Shown: piece by piece, positions 24,091-34,800 of the stretch
Numbering within the stretch: position 1 is the first letter of the stretch
How the letters are laid out: each line of letters begins with the position of its first letter
Assembly (NCBI RefSeq): GCF_963921235.1
Contig: NW_026948113.1
Location: forward strand, 310,001-374,000
DNA length: 64,000 nt
From: Mobula hypostoma
Lineage: Eukaryota
Reading direction: 5' to 3'
Position numbers and translations under genes: made by a program
Notes under the pieces: generated by a model
The model's input: the letters and a program-made list of their open reading frames with translations, nothing else
Told to the model about the DNA's origin: nothing
The model's database searches: none

Positions 24091-25289
24091 TTTTATATGG
24101 ATAGATATAGATATAAATTTACCTTTAACTTTCACCAGCCTCTCAGTCAGTGCGTTCCAGAGTCCAACCACCCTTTGAAGGAAGAAAGTCTTTAGCTTCC
24201 CTCTAAACCTCCAGCCTCACCCTAACCCATGCTTTCTAATTTTAGGTATGCCTGCCATGGAACAAAGTTTCCCTGTATCTAATCCTCATAATTTTGTCTA
24301 TTAGTTCCTAAATTAGCTTCCCCCAGCCCAAGAAAAACAATCCCAGCCTCCCCTCATAATTGAAATGCTCCATCTCAGGCGAATCTGCTCTCTAAGGCTT
24401 CCCAAATTTTCAAAAGCGTGTCATTGTATTTGATCCTTTGATAAGTAAATCGTTGAATAAATGCATTTATTTCCCTTTAACCTAAATGATACTGAGCATT
24501 TACTCCTCTCCACCACAAATAGCAGATAATCAACGAGTTCTGGCGTGGTGAGGTTAAGGAGGCGCTGACACAGGCAGTGAGAAAGGTAGATGGTGAGCTG
24601 GACCTCATCAGCTGCTGCACTGAGTGCAAGAACTGGGAAATCAGATTAGAATTGTACAAAATGTTGGCTAGTACTCAGAGTGTTGTGCACAGTACTGCCC
24701 CAAGTTAAAGAGCATGCATAAACAAGAAGGTTAGGTGTACTGGAGGGCTTGAGTTATAGACACTGGATAAGCGGAGATGGTTTCCCCGGAACTGAAGGCC
24801 GAGTGGTGACCTTATAGGGGTTTATAAAATGATGAAGGACAGATGGGGGAATAGTCACAGTTTTTTTTTACCCCAGGGATAGTGAAGTCTAACACTAGAA
24901 GACACAGGTTTAAGAAGAAAGAGGACAAACCTTCAGAGGACTTGAGGAGCATTTTCCCCACAGAGTGATGGGGATACGGAACAAGTTGTCAGTGAAAGTG
25001 GTAGAGTCGGTTACAGGTGCAACTTTTAAAAGATAGGTGCATGGATTAGAAAGGTTTATGGCCAAACACAGCCAAATTAGATTAATTAGATAGGAATTAC
25101 GCTGGGTATTGAAGAGTTGGTTCTGCGCTGTATAATTCTACAAGGTTACGAAAAAAAAAAGTAGGAATTGGCTATTCATTCCCAGTTCCCACACTCCCTC
25201 TCACATACTGGGGACCCCAGTTCTCGCCTTGTCTCCAGCATACTGGAGCCCAGTTTCCCCACCCTCTCTCCATCACACCTCATTCCCGG

Positions 25290-27030
25290 TTACAGAATCG
25301 GATTTATTATCACCAGCATGTGTCGTGAAATTTGTTAACTTAGCAGCAGCAGTTCAATGCAATACATAATATAGAAGAAAAAAATAATAAATTACATTAA
25401 ATGAATAGATTAAAAATCATTCAAAAACAGAAATAATATATATTAAAAACGTGAGGTAATGTTCATGGGATCAATGACCATTTAGGAATCAGATGGCAGA
25501 GGGGAAGAAGCTGTTCCTGAATCGTTGAGTGTGTGCCTTCAGGCTTCTGTACCTCCTACCTGATGGTAACAGTGAGAAAAGGACATGCCCTGGGTGCTGG
25601 AGATCCTTAATAATGGGCGCTGCCTTTCTGAGACACCACTCCTTGAAGATGTCCTGGGTACTTTGTAGGCTAGTACCCAAGATGGAGCCTTCTACCCTCT
25701 GCAGTTTCCTTTGGTCCTGTGCAGTAGCGCCTCCTCCCCCCCATACCAGACAGTGATGCAGCCTGTCAGAATGCTCTCCACGGTACATCTATAGAAGTTT
25801 TTCAGTGTTTTTATTGACATACCAAATCTCTTCAAACTCCTAATGAAGTATAGTCGCTGTCTTGCCCTATTTGTCGCTGCATCGATATGCCGGGACCAGG
25901 TTAGATCCTTAGAGATCTTGACACCCAGGAACTTGAAACTGCTCACTTTCTCCACTTCTGATCCTTCTATGAGGATTGGTATCTTACCCTTCATCTTACC
26001 CTTCTTGAAGTCTACAATCAGCTCTTTTGTCTTACTGACGTTGAGTGCCAGGTTGTTGCTGCGACACCACTCCACTAGCTGGCATATCTTGCACACCCCC
26101 TTTAACACAAACCAGGGTTTCATCACTTCAATCCCTCTTTCATATGAGGATTGAAATCTGGAGAGAAAAACAAACTGCTGGATAAATGAATCAGAATCAG
26201 AATCAAGTTTATTATCACCGGCATGTGACGTGAAATTTGTTAACTTAGCAGCAGCAGTTCAATGCAATACATAATCTACCCGAGAGAGAGAAAAAAAATA
26301 ATAAATAAAATAAAACATAATTAAAAACAAGTAATTCAATTACATATATTGAATAAATTATTAAAAATGTGCAAAAACAGAAAAAAAGTGAGGTAGTGTC
26401 CAAAGCTTCAAAGTCCATTTAAGAATCGGGTGGCAGAGGGGAAGAAGCTGTTCCTGAATCGCTGAGTGTGTGCCTTCAGGCTTCTGTGTCTCCTACCTGA
26501 TGGTAACAGTGAGAAAAGTGCATGCCCTGGGTGTTGGAGGTCTTTAATAATGGATGCTGCCTTTCTGAGACACCACTTCCTAAAGATGTCCTAGGTACTT
26601 TGTAGGTTAGTGCCCAAGATGGAGCTGACTAGATTTACAACCTTCTGCAGCTTCTTTTGGTCCTGTGCAGTAGCCCCTCCATACCAGACGGTGATGCAGC
26701 CTGTCAGAATGCTCTCCATGGTACAACTATAGAAGTTTTTGAGCGTATTTGTTGACATGCCAAATCTCTTCAAACTCCTAATGAAGTATAGCTGCTGTCT
26801 TGCCTTCTTTACGACTACAGCAATATGTTGGGACCAGGTTAGGTCCTCAGAGATCTTGACACCCAGGAACTTGAAGCGGCTCACTCTCTCCACCTCTGAT
26901 CCCTCTGTGAGGATTGGTATGTGTTCTTCGTCTTTCGTCTTACTGACTTTGAGTGCCAGGTTGTTGCTGCAGTACCATTCCACTAGTTGGCATATCTCAC
27001 TCCTGTACGCCCTCTCGTCACCACCTGAGA
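25290..27030 (-). mobile_element. Two tandem, closely related Rex1/Babar LINE 3' copies (25290-26090 and 26190-27030)
   Basis: Both encode WC..NNLAL.VSKTK...KARQ.LYFIRSLKRFGMS...ESILTGCITVWYG and share the 3' UTR gtgaaatttgttaacttagcagcagcag. Confidence 0.87.
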
Positions 27031-27399
27031 TTCAAACAACAACTCAGCAGGTTAATCAGAATCTGTCTGGGGAAGTGAACGATTTGTTTTTCAGTACAGG
27101 CGGGAACTTGCTGGACTTGGACATCTGACTTCTTCACCTGCAACTTAATTACCATCATCGCTAGCTTCAAATATTTTCTCTCTCACGGTTTCTTGCAGAC
27201 TGGGGTTATTGCATGTCAGGATATAGATTTTCTTTCACACTGTGGCCAAGTTGCTATAGCAGCAGTTTTTGCCTTTTCCAAAGATCACCAACACAAGCAC
27301 ACTCCACCACCCAGAGAGCCCATAGGCGGATTCATGAGCCCTGCAAACATAGAAACATGGAAAATCTACAACACAATACAGGCCCTTCGACCCGATTTC

Positions 27400-29000
27400 A
27401 AACGATGCATGAAACTTTCCGCATCAAATCCGTGGTTTCGGTGAATGCTTTGCCCAATTAATTTTGCTTTTTCCGGCGGCACCTGCTAGAAATTCAGACT
27501 CTGCACAATCCAGCGCTGTCTTCTGTTACATAGCGACCAAACCAGTCTCTTTCAAACAGCTTCCCCGTGTGCCGTGAGACTGAGGCCCTGTACTCAACAG
27601 TGGCAAGGTCTCACCCTGCATCTTACCTCGTGTCACTGTCCACACAGGACCGTCGTGTTGTGTTCAGGAAAACTTGTGTCCCACTCGATTACCATGGTAA
27701 ATGTATCCTGAAAAGTTCATTGCGGGATACAACACGTCCTGGCGCCAAACACAAAAGCCCGGGTAACAAATTCCTGAAAAATATTAATAAATGCAAAAGG
27801 CGATGTCTCAAAAAGGCGGCATCTATTATTAACGACGCCCATCAACTAGACCATGCCCTCTTCTCATTGCTGCCATCAGGGAGGAGGTACAAGAGCCTGA
27901 AGAGGCACTCAACGTTTCGGGATGGCTTCTTGCCCTCCGCCATCAGATTTCTGAAAGGCCAACGAACCCATGGGCATTTACTCAGTGTTTTCCCCTCCAA
28001 TATCCCCAACTTATTTAATCTTTTTTATATATACTTATTGTAAATTATAGTTACGTATTGCAGTGTTCTGCTACCGCAGAACACATTTCACGACACGTGC
28101 TGTGCTAATTAAACTTAATTCTGATTCTCCAATCCTCCCCGATATATCTTCTTGGTCTCTTTCTCTCCCTTACCGTTCTCCCCTTTGTACCCTCCATCAT
28201 CCCTGTCCCCTCTTCATCCTGAAGCAAGAGGTCGACCCGACCCGCCGACAACTTCTCCCCCACCCACCCCCGGGCGCTACTCGACCCCGCTGCGTTCCTC
28301 CAGTCGTTTTTTTTTGCCTCAGAATGTGGAGTTGTCTTCAACGTTTCACCAGAAGGAATCACAGGGTAAACCTCCAGGGACTTGTTTGCAGCCTTTCCAG
28401 AGGGAGGGACTTCCAAGAGAACAATATTTCCCACGAGAAATTGGTTTTCACCACAGCGAAGAAACTGAGAAGAATCATCTGGGACTCTGCATTTCTTGGG
28501 TCATCACGTGGCATCTTAATTTTATAAGTTAGCCCACAAAACTCAGCCCAGCTTCCAATAAATTTACAGTATCAGCTTGAGAGTTTAGCACATATCTCAA
28601 AGTAGGCAGTCTGGATGCTTTCACAGAACACGAGGCACGTTTCCTGTGCCCTCTCCCCCATTCTCCTATGGACATTGCTGGGTATTTTACTGTTTAAAAA
28701 AACGCAGCAGAAAAATCCCATTGAACCCTTTCCCGCTCACTTTGTTTCCAGACACAGGAAAGAGCTGAATTTTAAACACCAGAAATTCTGCAGATGCTGG
28801 AAACCAAAAGCATTACACACAAAATGCTGGAGGAACTCGGCAGGTCAGGTACCGACTATGGAAATAAACGGTGGGACCCTTCTGCAGTAAGGGGGGGGGG
28901 TCACCTGATTGGCAGATGTTTTAACCAATCAGCGGAACTGGGTTATTATGCAATCGCAACCACCAACTAATCAAACGCTAATATGAGCAGCTTTTGTTCT
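27400..29000. promoter_or_regulatory. Second CpG-enriched, promoter-like region with paired CCAAT boxes; no transcript assigned
   Basis: CpG clusters at about 27400-27800 and 28230-28310; ATTGG 28908-12 and CCAAT 28925-29; interrupted by LINE and PLE scraps. Confidence 0.4.
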
Positions 29001-30249
29001 ACTGAGGAGCAACACACACAAAACGCTGGAGAATCTCGGCGGTTCAGGCAGCATCGATAGAATTGAATAAGCAGTCGCCGTTCGAACCGAAACCTTTCAT
29101 CAGGACTGTTTATTCATTTCCATTGCAGCCGTGAGTCTCAATGTGAGGCCAAGCATTTCGAGTTGCACGAGTGCGAAATGTTGCATTTAGTGAAGTTAAA
29201 CAAAGTTAGAACTTTTATAGTAAATGGTAGCGTTGTAGAACAAAGGGACTGAGGTGTGCAGGTACATATTTCTCTGAAAGTGCCATCACTGGTAGATAAA
29301 AGTGTCGAATAACATTTTGATATACTGGTCTTCATCAGTCAGCACACTGGGTACAGGACGTTATGCTGCATTTATGCGACTTGGTGATGTTATATAAGCT
29401 CAACCCTCAGCCTCCTACGCTACAGTGGAAAACGTCTTAGCCTATCCTGCATCTCCTTATAACGCAAGCCCTCCAGTCCTGGCAGCATCCTTGTGAATCT
29501 TTACTGTACCGTTTCCAGCTAGGCAACCAGAAATGCACACTGTACTCCAAGTGAGGTCTCACCAATAACTTCATTTGTAACATGGCACCGCAGCTCCTGT
29601 ACTCAGTACCCTGACTGATAGAGCAAAGTATAACACCTGACTACCCATGTCTCCACTTTTAGATAACAACATACCTGTACCCCTGGAGTCTTCCTTCTTC
29701 TTTACTCTCCAGGCATCAACATTTACTGTGTAAGTCCTACCTTACTTTATCTTACCAAACCGCTGCACCTTGCTCAAGTCTGCACCTATCTAAGAGTACA
29801 GTATCTTAAAATACCCTATTGAATCTGCCTCTATCACCTTCACTGGCAGTGCATTCCACGCTCCCACCACTCTCTGTGTGAATTGATCTGGATCTATTGT
29901 AATCTTAGATAATCCTCTTCACTGTACACTACACGTGACATCATCCACAAATTTAATTGGTTGAAAGTCAGTGTGAAAAAGATCAGTCTGATTCTCCATG
30001 ACTTAAATATATTCAGCATTGTTCATCTTTGCTAACTGTGACAGATAATCCCATACGTTCACCACTCCATTAATTTGGTTCTAAATAGCCTACCTTTGTG
30101 GGGGTGTAACTACTTCAATAGTTGGGAAGATGTTAGAGTCCATTATTAAGAACGAGACTTTGGGATACTTGGAGGCACGTGATAAAATACGCCAAAGTCA
30201 GCATGGTTTCCATAACGGGAAATCGTGCTTGACAACTCTGTTGGGATTA

Positions 30250-30605
30250 TTTGAGGAATGATTGCTGATGCCAGACTGGATGGCTCGAGAATCTCAGAAA
30301 CTGCTGATCTCTGGGGATTCTCACACACAACAGTCTCTAGAGTTTACAGAGTATGCCATGAAAAACAATAAAGAACGTCCGGTGAGTGGCAGTTCTCTGG
30401 GTGAAAATGCCTAGCTAATGAGGGAGGTAAGAGGAGGATGGCGATACTGGTTCATGCTGACAGGAAGGCAGCAGAAACACACGGTACAACGGTGGTGTGC
30501 AGAAGAGCAACCGGGATGGCTGCGGCAGCAAGGGTCCATGAACATTTGGGCATTTTGTTAGGTACAGGAGGTACCTGAGTGCATTATTATTCAACAGTGA
30601 GTGCA
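30250..30605 (+). mobile_element. Tc1/mariner transposon remnant, internally deleted
   Basis: Degenerate ISETADL.GFSHTTVSRVY and RRMA.LV.ADRKA N-terminal HTH region; same family at 48890-49420. Confidence 0.6.
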
Positions 30606-30667
30606 CTCAAGCAGAGTATATTCCACTGTCGTAGGTGGCTGGGATTATCCAGTATGGTCAGAGTGGA

Positions 30668-30818
30668 GCAACACACATCAAAGTTGTTGGTGAACGCAGC
30701 AGGCCAGGCAGCATCTTTAGGAAGAGGTACAGTCGACGTTTCAGGCCGAGACCCTTCACCAGCAACTTTGATGTGTGTTGCTTGAATTTCCAGCATCTGC
30801 AGAATTCCTCTTGTTTGC
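30668..30818. mobile_element. Short PLE-derived insertion with inverted ends and a 14-bp TSD
   Basis: 26-bp inverted arms at 30669-94 and 30755-80 (1 mismatch); flanks atggtcagagtgga (30654-67) and atggttagagtgga (30819-32). Confidence 0.62.
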
Positions 30819-31519
30819 ATGGTTAGAGTGGAATTTGTTTAGATGTCACTGTTAATAGGGGAAGTGCCCCTCATGTGGAGAGGGAAGCACTTCACGTCCT
30901 ACCATTTGCTGTCCGGCAAATACGGTGGGTTCTGGTTAATTAGGGAGAGAGGGAGGGAGGGATCTGCGCCTTGTAAGGCATGAAAATGCCCGACGCAGGC
31001 CTCAAGGTCTGAGTCGATGTTCCCTCCCTGGTTAATTAGACCACTGGTTAATTGGGACAGCCACATACATGAGACAACTCTTAAAAGACAAAAATGCGTT
31101 GAGAAAATAGCTGGGATTCCCTTCATTTATTTGTGACATATCAGAGGGGAAGAGAACCGAGTAAAAATTATGAATCACAAACCCTTCTTTCGGAACAGCC
31201 TCTCCCCTTTATTAGTGGTGCAGCTAATTAATTCAGTACAGAACATAGAGGAAATTTGCATCTTATTACTCATTAAGACTCATTATAACCCTGGGCTGTT
31301 ATACCTTAATCCTGAACTATCTTCCAAGCCTTGTCAGCATGTTACTGAACGTTAATAAAGTTCAAAAACAATCATAGGTCTTGGCAAAAGGTCTACAGTA
31401 TGTCTATTGTATCTCTGCCTCGCATAATTTCATACACTTCTGTCAGGCCGCCCCTCAACATCCGAGGCTCCAGAACAAAAAAAAACTGAACTAACCAGCA
31501 ACTGCCGCGCCTCTCTTGT

Positions 31520-31660
31520 TAGTTTCTATTTCTCAAACTGCAGGCGTCAAGACTGCCTGGTAACTGGTGATCAGACTTCCTTAAGCTTCTAATTGGCTGC
31601 CTGTATAGGAAAAGCTTAGTTTTTTTTAAACAGGCTTAGCACCGAGTACCCGGAAATGTA
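31520..31660 (+). promoter_or_regulatory. MHC class I proximal promoter: ISRE + X1/X2/Y module
   Basis: AGTTTCTATTTC (31521-32) fits the ISRE consensus AGTTTCNNTTTC. GCGTCA CRE half-site 31544-49; X1-like CCTGGTAACTGGTG 31556-69; X2-like TGATCA; Y box ATTGG 31592-96; ETS-like CCGGAA 31650-55. All lie just upstream of the leader ATG. Confidence 0.8.
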
Positions 31661-31751
31661 GCCGTAGAGTTGTGTGGATAAATCTGTCGGTTTTCATTTT
31701 ATTTTTTATATAATTTTATTCTGTGTTCCGGCCGAGCATTAAGTTTGGGGA

Positions 31752-31803
31752 ATGTTGCTGATACTCTGTGCCCTGTGTCTTTCCATTCGTCCGGTTTTCC
31801 CAG
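31752..31803 (+). CDS. MHC class I exon 1, signal peptide [17 protein letters not shown]
   Basis: ATG about 155 nt after the Y box; hydrophobic 17-aa leader; strong donor CAG|GTAAGT in phase 1, which completes GAG (E) with exon 2. Confidence 0.85.
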
Positions 31804-34800
31804 GTAAGTAGTGAATTCATCAACCCAGCCTCCACTGTCGTCCCGGGAGACACACTTCGTTGATAATTTTAGACTATGATTAGGGTTTGAAAGGGGTGAT
31901 ATTTAATCCTTGCTCGATAAAGGACTCCAGTGAAGGATTCCTGTGTAACTTCCCTGACTAACAATAAGGCGCATAATTACAGAACCGGGGAGGTCGTAAA
32001 CGGGGAACAGACAACATTAAAATGATCCGTTTTAAATTGATTTCGGAACTACAGGAATAGGGGTGATCTGCACTCCTCCAGTATGGCTGAGCTCTACTGT
32101 CGTTGAGCCATGGCCCATCAGACATGCAGCGCACAGTGTGCTCTTTGTGCCCCCTGTTGCCAAGGATTGTCCCTCTCTCTACTCTTTCCCGGAAGGGTGG
32201 AATCCCCCCGCCCCTCTAACTCCACAACTTTATGGAACTCCGTGTTTGGATCACTCCAGTCGATTTGCCTCAGGGCAAAATCATTAAAAAAAAACTGTGG
32301 CTTGAAGGACTTGGGGGTGGTGCATCTGGTGGCATTGCTGTTTCGCTGCGCCGTCGGCCCAGGCTCAACACTGACCTCCAGTGTTTGTACAGTTTTTATT
32401 TTATCAGCCGAATCCACCCAAGTTGTTGATTCTGTCCCAGATCTAATGTCTCAACCCCCTGATAATTTTTCTGCTTCCTTTGAAGTTCTTCTCGTCTGCT
32501 GACCTCCGTCAGATGTTCAAAGTTCAAAGTAAAATTTATTACTGTATCAGAGTACGTACATGGCACCACATACAACCCGGAGATTCTTTTTCTACGGGCA
32601 TACAGAGCAAATCTATAAAACTGTAACTCTAAACGGGATCAATGAACAACAAACTCTGCAAATACAAACATAAATAGATAGCAATAAATAACGAGCATGA
32701 AATAACAAGTTTAAGAATCCTTAAAGTGAGATCATCTGTTGTGGGAACAGCAGAGATAGAATGAGTGTAGTTATCCCCTTTTGTTCAAGAGTCTGATGAT
32801 TGAGGGGTAATAATGGTAGTAACTGTTCTGGAACTGGGTGGTGTCAGTCCTGAGGCATTTATACCTTCTACCTGATGGCAGCAGCTAGAAAAGAGCACGG
32901 CCTGGGTGGTGAGGATGATGTTGATAGAAGCAGCTTTTGTATGGCAATGTTTCATGATTGAGTGGGTTTTACTTTCAATGTAAAGGACCAAATCCACCTT
33001 TCGTAGATTTTCTGCTGAGAGGCATTGATGTTCCCACACCAGGCCATAATGCAGCCAGTCAGCACAATTTCCACCACACATCTATAGAAGTTTGCCAAGG
33101 TTTTTGATGACATGTTGAATCTTCGCAGACTCCTGAGGAAGTGCTTTCTTCGCAATAGTGATGGTTCCAGGACAGGTCCCCTGATATAGTGATTCACAGG
33201 AATTTAAAGTTACTGACCATCTTCACCTCTGGTCCTCCATGATTGCTGGCTCGTGGACCTCTGGTTTCCCTCTCCTGAAGTCCACAATCAGTGCCTTGGT
33301 ACTGTTGACATTGAGTGAGAGGTTGTTGTTATTATACCACTCAGCCAAATTTTCAATCTCCCTCCTTCATCACCAGCTTTGATACAGCCCACAATAGTGG
33401 TATCATCAGCAAACTTGTATATGGTATTGGAGCTATACCAAGATACAGTGGGAAACTTTGTTTTGTACGTTATCATTGTAGATAATTTCAAAACATAAGT
33501 ACATCAAAGTAGAACAAAGAGAAGAGGAATAAAATAACCTCCAGATTATAGTATTGCATTTTCAGAGAATAAGGTGCAAGTGCCATAACAAGGTAGGCTG
33601 TAAGGTTGATGGTTCAAATTTATTATACTACAGGTCTATTCAAGAGCTTTATGACAGCTGGACCAAAGCAGTCCTTAAAGCAGCTGGTTCCTGTTTTCAA
33701 GTTTTGGATCCTCTCCCAGTAGGAGTGGGGCGAACCAAAAATGACTTGGGTGCAAAGGGTTTGTTGTCTTCTTTCCTGAGGTAGGGGGAAATGTAGACAG
33801 AGTGTGTACTCAGCTCCCTGCAATTTAGAACATAGAACATTACGGGAGTAGATCCTGCGGCCTGCAATGTTGTGTGACATAATTAAATTGGCAATTAAAT
33901 GCCTTACTAAATTCATCCCTTCTGCCTTGCACATCTCTTTTGAATTTACCCTCACTCCCATCTTAGATGTATGCCCTCTAGTATTAGATGTTTTAACAGT
34001 AAAGATACTGGGTGCTTTCTGTATCTATGCCCCTCATAATTTTATCAGAATCAGGTTTAATATCACGGGCATATGTCATGAAATTTGTTGTTTTGCGGCA
34101 GCAATACATTGCAATACATAATAAAAGAACTAAAAATTACAATAGGAAGTATATAAATATAAAATAAAGTAGTGGAAGAAGTTAGGGAAGAATGACTGTG
34201 GTAGTGTTTGTGGGCTCATTGTCCATTCAGAAATCTGATGGCAGAGGAGAAGAAGCTGTTCTGGAAACACTGGGTGTGTGCCTTCAGGCTGCTGTACCTC
34301 ATCCTTGATGGTAGCCATGAGAAGAGGGCATGTGATGGGATAACGATGGATGCCGCCTTCTCGAGTCATCACTTTTTGAAGGTATTCTGGATACAGGGGA
34401 GGCTAGTGACCACAATGGAGCTGGCTGAGTTTACAACTTCCTGCAGCTTTTATCGATCCTGCGCAGTGGAGCCGCCGTACCAGATGATGAGGCAACAGGT
34501 TAGAATGCTCTCCATGGTACATCTGTAGAAATTTGTGAGTGTCTTTGTTGACATACCAATGCCATCATTAAACACGCCCATCACCCATGGCATGTCCTCT
34601 TCTCATTGTACAGAAGCCTGAAGGCACACACTCAATGATTGAGGAACAGCTTCTTCCCCTCTGTCATCCAATTTCTGAATGGATATTGAGCTCATGAACA
34701 CTATCTCACCACTTTTTTGTTTCTATTTTTGCACTACTTATTTAATATAACTATATACTGTATATATAAATTTGTGTTGTAGTCTGCAGCAAAGTTAACC

